Below the pieces are notes generated by a model that worked only from the letters and a program-made list of their open reading frames with translations, had not been told where the DNA came from and searched no databases. Position numbers and translations under genes: made by a program. Of a stretch of 64,000 nt of DNA, positions 50,544 to 63,685 are shown one piece after another. Within the stretch, counting starts at the first letter, position 1. Every line of letters begins with the position of its first letter. Source of the stretch: Octopus sinensis (lineage: Eukaryota). The stretch spans positions 11,904,001 through 11,968,000 of the forward strand of contig NC_043012.1 of NCBI RefSeq assembly GCF_006345805.1, given 5' to 3'.

Positions 50544-51322
50544 ATGGTGTAGGTAATAATAGTATTGATTGAGAAAAGGTGATTGGAGTGATTAAAGTGA
50601 CGGAGGTAGTAGAGAAAGAGAGATACGCGTTGTGAAGTTGGAGAAATACAAAACCATTGTAATGGTAGAAGTACTAGTAGTGGTAATATAAAGACAGATG
50701 CATTTGTAGTACATAGTGGTTGTTGTAGTATTAGCAGTGACGTTTGTACTTCAAGTCTCAGAACCAGATTAGCAGCTTTATTGTTTCTGCGTCTTGAGGT
50801 GGGTTATTAGAGAAATATTGACATGAAATCCACGGTTACATTGAGGGGCACGTAGTAACAGGATCATCACCCAGCGGGTCCATTGCTTTCCAAGAAGCCC
50901 TCCTCTCATTAGTTTCTATAACAATTTCTGATTCTGAGTGCTATATTCCAGAATAAACGATAGTATCTCATAGTCAGTGATATTGTTGTTCTGAAGTTAC
51001 CCTTTTTTTGAAGGTTTTTTTTTGAGAGTGTCTTTGTATGTCCTCATTTGTCCACACCGTGATCGGAAACCAACTCGCTGTATTAGCAGTAATAGCGTAG
51101 AGACGGAAGCAGACGTTGTGATGGTGGTAGTGGTGATTCCAGTGATGGTGTTACTGGTGGTGGTTGTAGAAGTGATTGTTGGATGTTGTGGTATTGGTTG
51201 TTGCAGTGAGTGGTATAGCAGAGGAGTAGCTGGTTGTTGTAAAGGTAAAAAGTAGGAGATAATGTTTGTATGGTGGTGACAGTAACAGTGTGGCTATATA
51301 GGAAGATATTGAGGGAGAGAGA

Positions 51323-51353
<31 letters not shown>

Positions 51354-51539
51354 GTAGTGGAAAGTAGAAATAGAAATGATAGCAGTGTTGGTCGTAATAA
51401 TGATAATGCTGGTGGTGGCGGGAGAGAGGGAGAGAGAGAGAGAGAGAGAGAAAGGGAGAGAGAGAGAGTAGATGATTGATGGTGATGGCTGTTGTGGTTT
51501 AAAGAGATAGGTCTTGTGATCGAGTGGTGATTGATGGCA

Positions 51540-51964
51540 GGGTGTGTCAGATGTGATAACGAGTGACAACGATTTGAAAGCCGCCAACATCCGCTACATC
51601 AGCATTACTAGCAATGAAATCAATACCACCCACCTCCTCATCGGCACCAACACCGCCACAACCGGCAGCAGCAGCAGCGCCATAGTTTATGATGATGATG
51701 ATGATCATCATCATCATCATCGTCAACACCATCGTCGTCGCCGACGTTGGCATCATCATCATCATCATCTGCAGCAGCAGTAGAATCATTGTCATCGTTG
51801 TCGTTGTCGTCATCATCTTCTTTTCTCCCTCTCATCAACATGATTATCCGCAACTTCTTCTCTTCTTCCTCATCCTCACCATCATAGTCGTCATCATCAT
51901 CATCACCATCATCGTCGTCGTCATCATCATCATCATCCTCGTCATCATCATCATCATAGTCGTC

Positions 51965-52003
<39 letters not shown>

Positions 52004-53250
52004 GTCATCATCATCCTCCTCGTCATCATCATCATCATCATCATCGTCGTCGTCATCATCATCATCCTCGTCATCATCATCATCATCGTCGTCGTCGTCA
52101 TCATCATCATCGTCGTCGTCGTAATCGTAGTCATCATCATCATCATCGTCATCGTTTTCATTATTGTATTCATTCTCGGTAACATTCGCAGCAATGAATA
52201 GAGCAAAGATAACGACAGCGACAGATTTCAGAGCAGGAAACAGCTACAAGAACAACAACAACATCACCAGCAACAGACAAAGAAACGGCACCAATGACAA
52301 CAATAGCTGACAACAGATACAAAAACAACAATAAAAAACATACTAATGATAACAACAACAACAACAACACCAACAACAGCAATAGGTGGCGATATCGGCT
52401 ACGACAAAGAAGAAACTAATAACAAACAAACAAACAAACAGTAACAATAACAGCACAAATAAGAACATCATCCTCAGCCTCATTCTGGCTATTGTCATCA
52501 TCATCATAATCATCATCGTCGTCGTCGTCGTCATCATCATTATCGCCGTCATAATCTTTATTGATAACAAGAACACAAATAATAAAAGTCTACAATAATA
52601 TTAATGACAGCCTTGATAATAATACTATCGATGATAACAATAAGGAAGAAAAACTTGATTGATACTAGTTTCTATTTGGTTGCTTGATTTAGTAGAAGTA
52701 ACAGTCAAGTGTCCTTTAAATTACATGCAAGTGTCTTCAAAATGAGAACACTTGGAGATGCAGTTTTAAATACATAAAATTTATGGAGGATTATGGTTGA
52801 GACATCTATGACCTAGGTGATTAACAGTAACAACAAGAATGACAACGACAACAAAAATGACAACAACAGGATAACTACGACAGCAGCGGAGACGGTAACA
52901 ACAACAACTACTACAGTAACGATGAAAACAACAGTGACCGCAACAACAATAAAAACCTGTGTTGGGGAAACAAGCATAAAGAACAATGGCGAAATCAATG
53001 AAAATGAAAATAATAAGAAAACAGTTAAAGGAACAACGAATACGTTATCAACAACAAATAACATAACAACAATATTAACAACAGCAATAACAGGAATAAA
53101 AACGATAGCAACGTTAGAATAACAACAGTAACTATAAAAGACAGTAGCGATAGCAACAATCGTAACGATAGTAGTAGGAATCGAAGCAATAATCACAACA
53201 GTAGCAACAATGACAAATACATCATCAACAACAACAATGAAAGCGATAAA
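51540..53250. repeat. Trinucleotide patchwork (CAT/CGT/AAC)
   Basis: Direct reading. Confidence 0.9.
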
Positions 53251-53439
53251 AGCAAAAAAAAAAAAAAAAGGAAACCAAAAACAATGGTTCCGATGACATG
53301 GGTTCCAATTGATCTGATTAACGGAACAGCTTGCTCGTGAAAATAACTGTTTCTTTGCACTCCACAGACAAGCGTAGTCAACGTGGCACCGTATGAGACA
53401 AAAGGTGACCTTTTGAAAAACAGGTACTAATCACGTGGT

Positions 53440-53584
53440 TGATAAATAGCTTGCTTACCAACCACATGGTTCAGGGTTCAGTCCCAATACGTAGAACCTT
53501 GGGCAAGTGTCTTCTACTATAGGTTCGGGCCGACCAAAGCCTTTTGAGTGGATTTGGTAGACGGAAACTGAAAGAAGCCCGTCG

Positions 53585-53615
<31 letters not shown>

Positions 53616-53839
53616 ATGTGTGTGTTTGTGTGTGTGTGTGTATGTTTGTGTCTGTGTCGCTTGACAACAGATGCTGGTGTGTTTACGTCCCCGTAACTTA
53701 GCGGTTCGGCAAAACACACCGACAGAATAAGTACTAGGCTTACAAAGAATAAGTCCTGGGGTCGATTTGCTCGACTAAAGGTGGTGCTCCAGCATGGCCA
53801 CAGTTAAATGACTGAAACAAGTAAAAGAGTAAAAGAGTA
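53440..53839 (+). mobile_element. SINE family A, near full length
   Basis: Matches 18061-18486; directly follows a tail-Y fragment (53290-53430, minus). Confidence 0.9.
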
Positions 53840-54124
53840 ATATATATGTTTGTGTGTGCGTGTAACGAGTTTCTTCACTGAAGGTCATGCGGTAAATCCG
53901 TAACCATGGAGTTGTGAAGCAAACTTCTCACCACACAGCTACACTTGTGTTTACTGTTTACTGACTCTTAGCTTTGTGAGTTCAAATCCCGGAGGACTCG
54001 ATCTTCATCCATCTAGAATCATTTACATAACTACCAGTTGAATATTAGCGCTTAGATATATGACTCTTCCAACTTACGAACACTTCTGGCCCGTGATTAA
54101 GGTATCATTACAGTTATAAAGGGT

Positions 54125-54330
54125 GTGAGCCGGAAGAGTCGGTAACACACCGGACGCAAATGCTAGCGCCACTTAGTCCCTTTTTGCGTCCTGAGTTGAA
54201 ATTCCGTCGATGTCCACTTTGCTTTTCATCCTACCGTGGTCGATGAAATAAGTGTCTCTTGAATGCATGGGTCAATGAAATTGACTTGCCCTATCTCTCA
54301 AAATTTCAGGTCTTGTGTCTATATTAAAAA
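54125..54330 (+). mobile_element. Diverged SINE family B
   Basis: GAGTTGAAATTCCG..CACTTTGCTTTTCATCC..AAAATTTCAGGTCTTGTG. Confidence 0.65.
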
Positions 54331-54439
54331 AGGATTATTGCAATAATACTCAGTCATGTTAAAGATCTCTATAAATTCAAACAGAATTATCATAAAAACG
54401 TGTCCATGTTGATTGTTAGAAAATGATATGTGCTGGAGG

Positions 54440-55140
54440 TAAAGGTGATGATGATTAATATGGCGATGGCGGCAAATGTGTAATAAGGGTAATGATGATG
54501 TTCATAGCGATGATGATGGTGATGATGATGCCGATGATAATGATGATGATGATGATGATGATGATGAAGCTATATAGTCTCATGATGATGATGTTGATTA
54601 TGATGAGGTTATAAAGTCTGATGATGATGATGATGATGATGATGTTGATGGTGATGATGAAGTTGAGGAGTGTCATAATAGGGCTGAAGGATAATGCTGT
54701 TCATCAGCGGATATTAATCCTCTCGACCATAGACACAAGGCCTGAAAATCGTGGGGCAGGACCCCAGTATTTCACTGGTACTTAATTTCAGTATTACAAT
54801 ACCATCATCATCATCACGACGATGATGAGGTAACTCCCTCATAATCCTAATCATGATGATGATGATCATCATCATCATCATCATAACCATCGTGATCATC
54901 ATCATCATCATCACCATCATGGTCATCATCGTCAACATTTAGCCTTGATCGTCAATGATTATCAACCACCAGCATCATAATCACCATCATAACAACCATA
55001 TGCATCACAATCATATTATACATCACTACTCTCATCATCATATCCACCACCACCACCACCACCACTACGAAGAAGAAGAAGAACAACAGCAATAACAACA
55101 GCGACAACAAAAGCAACAACAACTTCAACGACAACCTGGA
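54440..55140. repeat. (GAT)n/(CAT)n patchwork
   Basis: Direct reading. Confidence 0.9.
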
Positions 55141-55661
55141 TAACAGACTATTGATATCTTCCCTGTGAAGGAAATCCATTTCTATGTATTTTATTGAATT
55201 ACAACGCCTGCAGTTTCATATGTTCTGTCAAAATACACATAATATACACGCACATCCAACCATATCCGTACATACAGCCATTCATATATACATACATACA
55301 TTCTGCCAAAGGTAATCGTATATACACATGCGCTAATGTACAAGCATGCCGCTGTTTTCATACAGAGACACATATACACACGCGCGCACGCACACATCCG
55401 CCCACCCACGATAAAGGTAATACAATTACATCGCTACATGAACACATACTCGGAGGTTTCGTGTTCTGGAAACTAAATATTTACAATGATTATACAAAAC
55501 GTGAAGTTGAAATGAAAGCAAAAGAGGAAAAAAAAAACGTAGTTCTAAGTATGCATGTATCTGTCTATCTACTGATCGCTCTGTCTGATTATCTGTCTGT
55601 CTCTGTGTGTCTGTCTCTGTCAGTCTGTCTGTCTGTCTGTCTCGCTCTCTCTCCCTTTATA

Positions 55662-55691
<30 letters not shown>

Positions 55692-55692
<1 letters not shown>

Positions 55693-55902
55693 GTACTTGT
55701 TTCAGTCATTTTTGACTGCGGCCATGCTGGAGCACCGCCTTTAGAGTGGTGAAAGAGTACAGCAGGGATCACCACCATCCCCTGCCGGAGCCTCGTGGAG
55801 CTTTTTTCAGGTGTTTTCGCTCAATAAACACACACAACGCCCGGTCTGGGAATCGAAACCGCGATCCTCCGACCGCAAGTCCGCTGCCCTAACCACTGGG
55901 CC
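55692..55902 (-). mobile_element. SINE A tail fragment (55692-55745) fused to SINE D head/body (55745-55902)
   Basis: Each part matches the other copies in the window. Confidence 0.85.
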
Positions 55903-56362
55903 TTGAAAAAAATGAAGTTCGAAAATGCTGCTATATTATACAATTTTTAATTTTTATATATACATTATAACATGTTTCAGTTCCTGAAATGAACCTTATC
56001 AAAAAAAGTTATATATAAAAAAAGACAGCTCATGCCGTCAAACACAAGAAATTCATTTATAATACACAACGGAGTCAGACATCTTAGAGTTCATGTATAG
56101 TTGATATATAGTTTGAAGTAAGTTCATTCATGCTATATGTTCAAAGTGTTCGATGCAGTGGCCCACGGTGGCGATACGTATTCAATACAAAAAAACAGAT
56201 CAAAGTGGTGGAAAGCAGTCAATACAGAAGATTGATGTTTCCGAAAGAGCGAGGAATTCATTTTTACCTTAAGCAATTGTGATGACCCATGGTGGGTGTT
56301 CGCTGGGTGGTATATATATAAATATACTTTGCTTCATATTGTCATTATAATTTCTATAATAT

Positions 56363-56438
<76 letters not shown>

Positions 56439-56439
56439 T

Positions 56440-56617
56440 TTTTTTCTCTCCTTCTTTCTGTGTTTTTCTCTCTCTGTGTATCTTTCTGTTGAAGAGCGTA
56501 GGCTCGAAACGTTAAAGACTTGTTTTATTTATATTTCCTGAGCGCCATACTAATACAATTGTTCGTTTGTTTTCCACCTGCCTTCGTCTTTTGTTTATTT
56601 TCATAAAGCTTCCCGTT
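56440..56617 (+). mobile_element. PLE-type terminal repeat with hammerhead-like motif (56481-56518)
   Basis: TCTTT-CTGTTGA-A-GAGCGTAGGCTC-GAAACGTT-AAAGA; flanked by (TA)n on both sides. Confidence 0.7.
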
Positions 56618-56910
56618 ATATATATATATATGCCCCTCCATGGGAACATAGATGTCTTTCTAATCGCATGTGTGGCATCCTGTCCTTGTTTCGTATACAT
56701 TCAATCCTCTTTCCAAGAAATCTAATGCCCGTAGCTTAGATTTTCTTTGGGGCTGGCCGTATCGGAGCGATATCAGGATTAATCAGCAGGAATTGCTAAG
56801 ATGATCCGGTTCCCGGCTGAAGATTAGAGGCTTCGAATGACCCGTCTGTTTTTTTGTGTCGTCTCTTTGTGTGTTTTTGCGTTCTTGTCCCATTTTGTAA
56901 TTTATATTTA

Positions 56911-56967
<57 letters not shown>

Positions 56968-57065
56968 ATATATATATATATATATATACATACATACACA
57001 TATATGTGTGAATATATATAAATATACACCCCTCTCTCTCACATACACACACTCATCCATATACT

Positions 57066-57476
57066 CTTTTACTCTTTTGCTGTTTTACTTGTTTCTGTCA
57101 TTTGACTGCGACCATGCTGGAGCACCACCTTTAGTCGAGCAAATCGACCCCAGGACTTATTCTTTGTATGCCTAGTACTTATTCTATCGGTCTCTTTTGG
57201 CGAACCGGTCTCTTTTGGCGAAAGTTACGGAGACGTAAACACACCAGCATCGGTTGTGAAACGATGTTGGGAAACAAACAAGGACACACAAACACACACA
57301 CATATATATATTCATACATATATACGACGCACTTCTTTCAGTTTCCGTCTACCAAATCCACTCACAAGGATGATAGTAGTGATAGTAGAAGACACTTTCC
57401 CAATGTGCCACGCAGTGGGACTGAACCCGGAACCATGAGGTTGGTAAGCAAACTACTTACCACACAGCCACTCCAC
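57066..57476 (-). mobile_element. SINE family A, near full length
   Basis: Reverse complement of the reference copy, with a small internal duplication (CCGGTCTCTTTTGGCGAA). Confidence 0.9.
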
Positions 57477-57880
57477 CACACAGCAAAAATAAAGATAGAG
57501 AATATCACATTTTTAATTGTTGAATTCATCATGAAGTGCATAGTGCAGATAATTGTTTTTGTTGCATCAACATGTTTAGACATTGAAAATATCATTCAAA
57601 TTATCATTTCCGAATTTCAAGGTGATCCATGAGTAATTACCTTGGATGTATATTCTACTTGCATTTATTGGTTTCTCATTGCTCGATATAGTTAACCAGA
57701 TTCGCTTAAAACTAAGTGCTTCATTGATATCTGCATGGATTCTTAACCCCCCCACCAACTTTTTCGTATATAATTCTTCATTCTCCTTATTATCAATAAT
57801 ATATATATATAATATATATATATATATATAATATATATATATATATTATTGATAATAAGGAGAATGAAGAATTAGAACAT

Positions 57881-59002
57881 TCAAACTTTATGTTTATTTC
57901 CACTTAGCTTAATCAAAATAATTTTCCGACTCGTATTTCGATCGTACTAATTGCATATTGTTGCATATTCAAGAACATAAAAATAATTGGCTGTTAATTC
58001 ACTTTTTGAAGAACATTTGATCACTCTCATACTTTGTACCCAAGTGTGACCATAAATGTTCAATAGTGTTGAGGTCTGAAGATTGAGGGAGCCATTCCAT
58101 CGATCTCACCCCTTTCACCTCAAAACCAACCTATTGAGAATTTGTATGTGCGGCATAGAGCATTGTCATGGAAGATTACACCCTCTGGTATGTTATCATA
58201 GAAAAATTTACCTAAGGAAGGTTGTTAGACGAGGTCTAACATGCTGGTGTAAGTGTTGGAATCCGTTCTTCCCTCCTGGGCCTGAAGACGACATGCAACT
58301 CCAAGCCAGTATGCTACTACATCCATATTTGATTGTTGGGACAACACATCTAATATCATAAAGCTATCCCAATTCTTCGACGGACATAAACAACTCCACG
58401 GGTTCCAAAGCTCTGAGAATAAATACAAATTTTACCTATCATTTTTGATATACAATAAAAAATGTGTACAAGCCTAATAAATTCTATTATGCCCAATAAG
58501 TTGGTGGAAACTAATATGTAGAACCTACCTCAAAGTTGTTTTCATTGGATCAAACAACTTTAGCCTAACCATGATCAGTCCGATTTTCATGCTGTTTTGC
58601 CCAAGACAGTCGCTTTTTCTTGTTCATCTCAGACAGCCACAATTTCTTTCTAGCCTTACATCCATTGAACCCAGTTTCTAATAACCTTCTTCTTACTATG
58701 CGACTTGATATCTCTTTGAGCTCCCCAAAACTCATCAACTACGTCAGAAGAGGTCTTTTTTTCCTATCGGCCAGAGACATCCACTTCAGTAACATGTATT
58801 CCCACGGGGTTGTACACATTTTGCGATCTTGACCATCACGGTTTTTCAAGGAATTGGTCTCACTGTACCTTTTGAGGGATTTTCGGACACTGCTTCTTGA
58901 TCATTTCAATTTTCATACAATTTTCACTTGGGATAATCCTTCTCTGAATAATGTAATGACTTGAGTACTTTGAGCTTTAGAAATCCTTTTCTTCGGCGAC
59001 AA
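57881..59002 (-). pseudogene. Tc1-like DD34E-type transposase pseudogene with a 116-bp intron (58413-58528)
   Basis: Exon 1 reads (M>L)SPKKRISKAQSTQVITLFREGLSQ...SRIVRRRLLETGFNGCKARKKLWLSEMNKKKRLSWAKQH...KVV*SNENNFE. Exon 2 reads SFGTRGVVYVRRR...CVVPTIKYG...AWSCMSSSG...IFHDNA...WLPQSSDLNTIEHLW. Multiple stops and frameshifts. Confidence 0.9.
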
Positions 59003-59069
59003 TTTCAACAAAGATTAACCACTGGTAAGTTAACTATAAGATATTCACTGAAAAATAAGGAAAAAATGT

Positions 59070-59279
59070 ATGTATCCGACATTGAATGGCAGAAAATTTG
59101 TCCCAATAGCTTATGCAAAATATGCAAAAACGCATTAAAGCAGTTATAAAAGTTAAAGGAAAACATAAAATACTAATTATTGATAGGATATACTCAAAAA
59201 TGTTTTTAGTTACTTTGAGAATGAATTTCAATTATATTCTCTATTTTTCATACCCGCCCCATAATTTTGGCCAAAGCTG
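59070..59279 (+). mobile_element. 3' end of a second Tc1-like element
   Basis: Reads EWQKI...NMQKRIKAVIKVKGKH (Tc1 C-terminal 'MPxRIxAVIKAKG' motif). Ends ATAATTTTGGCCAAAGCTG (Tc1-like TIR). Confidence 0.65.
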
Positions 59280-59285
59280 ATTTTT

Positions 59286-59317
<32 letters not shown>

Positions 59318-59451
59318 TGTATGTATGTATGTATGCATTTATGTATGTATGTATGTATGTATGTATGTATGTATACCAATTATAGCAGCGATTCCATCTA
59401 AGAATATTTGAAGAAGGAATTTTATTCCAAAATATTATCGGACTATGGATA

Positions 59452-59520
59452 ACTGGGGTCAATTCCTTTGTCTGTCCTTGTTTGTCCCCCTGTTTAGCCC
59501 CTTGTAGGCAATAAAGAATA
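59452..59520 (+). mobile_element. SINE family B tail fragment
   Basis: TTCCTTTGTCTGTCCTTGTTTGTCCCCCTGTTTAGCCCCTTGTAGGCAATAAAGAATA. Confidence 0.8.
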
Positions 59521-59588
59521 ATATATATATATACGTTTATATATTTGTTGTGCAAGATTTTTTTATGTGAAGTCGTGAGTTGAAACAG

Positions 59589-59974
59589 ATATTGTTATAT
59601 TTCGGAATGGTCATTTTGCCAGTTTAGCCAATAAAAACACACGCACTCTATATTTGGTGTTATTTTGCTTCAGTGATATTTATTTTTTATATTAATCTTA
59701 ATCTTATTTAGGCCAGAGTTCTTTCGTCACACTCCTGTGACCGCATCAGAAATACAAAATGGCTGACGGTTAGTAAGGTGAGACACAAATAAGAAAGAAG
59801 AAAGCAAAGGACCACTGATGCGGTCACAGGAGTGTGACGAAAGAACTCTGGCCGAAATAAGATTAAGATTAATATAAAAAATAAATAACACTGAAGCAAA
59901 ATAACACCAAATATATAGTGCGTGTGTTTTTATTGGCTAAACTGGCAAAATGACCATTCCGAAATATAACAATA

Positions 59975-59975
<1 letters not shown>
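59589..59975. mobile_element. PLE-derived fold-back element, 161-bp inverted arms
   Basis: 59589-59749 vs 59815-59975 show 3 mismatches, with a 65-bp spacer. Hammerhead-like motif at 59812-59851. Confidence 0.8.
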
Positions 59976-60010
<35 letters not shown>

Positions 60011-60389
60011 TGTATGTATGTATGTATGTATGTATGTATGTATATATACTCACACGCGCACGCACACACACAGACACACACATAAATATGTAGATAAATA
60101 GAGAGATATTTAGTTAGATAGATAGATAGAGAAATAGATACACTAGTCCAGCTGATCGCTACAGCTATCGGTTCGAGTGACGATGCTGTTGGTGCTGTGA
60201 TGGAAAGTCTTGTGAAGCGTTCTGGTGGTTCCAGTGAAGGTGTATTCTTTCGAGTTTGTCTCTATTGCACAAATGCTGCTGCTGCTGCTGCTACTGCTCC
60301 TATAGTTGTTGTTGCTGTTGTTTTATACTATAGTGTTTTGTGGTTGTGAATATTTTTTGCTGTAACTGACCAGTGCTTCTAATGCCGAT

Positions 60390-60431
60390 TTGCTGATGAC
60401 GATGATGATGATAATGATAATGATGAGGATG

Positions 60432-60502
<71 letters not shown>

Positions 60503-60700
60503 TAATGATGATTGTGGTGGTGGTGATGTCGATGATGATGATAACGATGATGATGATGATGATAACGATGATGATGATGATGATGACGATGATGATGATG
60601 ATGACGACGACGATGATTATGACGATGACGACGACGACGATGATGATGATGATGATGAATGTGATAGTAGTAGTGGTAAACGTGGTGGTGGTGGTGCGTG
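60390..60700. repeat. (GAT)n array
   Basis: Direct reading. Confidence 0.97.
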
Positions 60701-60979
60701 GTGTGGGGGTGACACTTGTGTGCTTTGTTGTTTGGGTGTATGTTTATATATATAGGAACACTAGTATGCTTTTTCCAGTTATCTATCTATCTGTCTGTCT
60801 GTCTGTCTCTCTGTCTGACTGACTGCTAGTCTGTCTGTCGGTCGGTCTGTCTGCCTGTCTATCTAGCCATCGACCTACCTCCATATCTATACATTCACTA
60901 ACAAATCAATCAATAGAATCATTCGATCGATCGATCTGTAATGAATACTTGTATAGCAGTTACCCGTAGATATTTACTG

Positions 60980-61378
<399 letters not shown>

Positions 61379-63004
61379 CATGTTACCTATGTATATACGT
61401 ATGTATGTATGTATGTATGTATGTTTTGTATGTCTGTGTGTGTGTTTGAGTATGTTTGTGTCTTTGTGTGTGCATGTGTGTGTGCGTGGTGTTTGTATGT
61501 GTGTGTGTGTGATGTGTTCGAGTATGTTTGTGTGTGGGAGTGTGCGTGTATGTGTGTATGTGTGCTTGTGTTTCTGACTATGTATCTATCTTATCCTTCT
61601 ACCAACCGGCATACATAGATATAAATACATGTATACCTGACTGCTTGCCTACCCGTCAGTCTGTCAGTCCGTTATATCGTCTCTGTCTGTCTGTCTGTCT
61701 GTGTGTCTGCGGGTGGGTGTGTTTGCATGTATGAATACATTTTGATAGCAAATTCTGTTTTTCGCAGTGCTAGCTGTAGATGTAGATGTTGGTTGTGATG
61801 GATGAAGTGGGTTATATGATCTATATACACAGTAGCAGTAACGAACCGTACCAACATCAGTATCAGACCCATACCACCATATTTATCAGAGCCATACCAC
61901 CATCCTAGTACAGCAGGATGAATTTATACCCTAAACGTCAGCACTGCTTTATCCTAACCACTCCAACGCCACTCGGACGCCAATCGGATGTCACTGCGAC
62001 GCCACTCCAACACCACTTCAATCGTCTCAGCTGACACTTCACGTTATTCACCGCCTTATTTCAACTGCAACAAAAGTACCTCGTGCCTACCACTTCGACG
62101 ACACTCCTAATATCGTTCACTGCTACACTACCTTAATCGCAACCACTGCAGCACCACGCCGTCACATCTGCTGTATTCTATCTTTAATACAACAATCACT
62201 GCCGCTCCACTTCATGGCCATCACCACTGCTACCGCCACCAAAATCACTAACTCTGGGTACCCACTACAATACTACTTCATTGACACTCCAGTTCATGGG
62301 GTGAAACACTACCTCACCACCACCACACTGCAACCCCACTTTATACCTATCAATATCACTGCCAGCCACTCCTTTTATGACCACCATTTCCGTAGCACTG
62401 CTTCTTCATCACAACGATTTTGATACTCTAATGCTATTTACCTTACATAACTAAATTTACTACCACCACCACCACCACCACCACCACCGCCACCGCTGCT
62501 GCCGCCGCCGCCACAACCACCACCACCACAAGCACAAATTATCACAATAGCCACTGCACCCCCATCTTAACCCCCTTCACCGCCGACTGTTATTTAATCT
62601 CCAGCTCAGGTGTGATAGAAATATATTATTTGTGATCAAAGTCGTTTCCTCCTTGGGTATAAGTGTATCTAAGAATGCATTGTCAAATGTGACTTTCCTT
62701 TAAGATGACAGACAATAGGGCGTGATTCGAGGGGAATTTGACTGCTATTTCCAACACCGTAGACTCTCCTTCATCAGCTCTTCAACTCTGAAGAACTTTA
62801 TTGTACGTTGGTTGCGGATATGGGTGTTGCTGTTGTTAATGTTGGCGTTGATGTTGTTTAGCCCCAGGACAACCCCGAACCACAATAGCACTATAATAAA
62901 AGTTCGAGTCGTGACCCTTTCACCTTTTATTCATAGTCTATCAATAATTATATATATAAATATATATACATATATACACACACACACAGACACACAGACA
63001 CACA

Positions 63005-63052
<48 letters not shown>

Positions 63053-63113
63053 TATATACGACGGGCTTCTTTCAGTTTCCGTCTACCAAATCCAGTCACA
63101 AGGCTTACATATC

Positions 63114-63180
<67 letters not shown>

Positions 63181-63183
63181 GTA

Positions 63184-63216
<33 letters not shown>

Positions 63217-63245
63217 TATATATATATATATATCTGTACGTATAT

Positions 63246-63685
63246 TGGCGCAGGCGTGGCTGTGTGGTAAAAAGATTGTTTCCCAAACCCACTTGGTTCC
63301 GGGTTTAGACCCATTGCGTGGCTCCTTAGGCAAGTGTTTTCTACTGTAGCCTCGGGCAGACCAAAGCCTTGTGAGTGGATTTTATAGACAGAAACTGACA
63401 GAATATATATATATATATATATATTATATGTATGTTTGTATGTATGTTTATGTGTGTATGTGCGTGAATGTGTGCGTGTGTGTATGTGTTTGTCCACCAC
63501 CATCGCTGGGTAACCGGTGTTGGTTTGTTCAACTACCCATAATCTATCGGTTCGGCAAAAGACACCGATAGAATGTGTATCAGGCTTAAAAGAAAAAAGT
63601 ACTGGCGTCGATTCATTGAACTAAAAATTCAAGGCGGTACTACAGCATGGCCGCAGTTTAATGGCAAGTAAGAAATAAAGATAAA
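63246..63685 (+). mobile_element. SINE family A, diverged full-length copy (inverted fragment at 63055-63105)
   Basis: Head GGCGCAGGCGTGGCTGTGTGG, core, microsatellite and tail. Confidence 0.85.

Noticed and set aside
56815-56846. Hammerhead at CTGAAGA in a PLE-like tail
   Set aside because: GAAA is mutated, and stems II and III do not pair convincingly.
57640-57720. Bro-N-like peptide (VLSESG*LYRAMR) on the minus strand
   Set aside because: The match is short, interrupted by a stop, and needs frameshifts; it is within chance level.
59070-59279. Long 5' TIR of the intron-bearing Tc1 element
   Set aside because: No matching inverted copy exists at the element's 3' end (57.7-58.0 kb); treated as a separate element.
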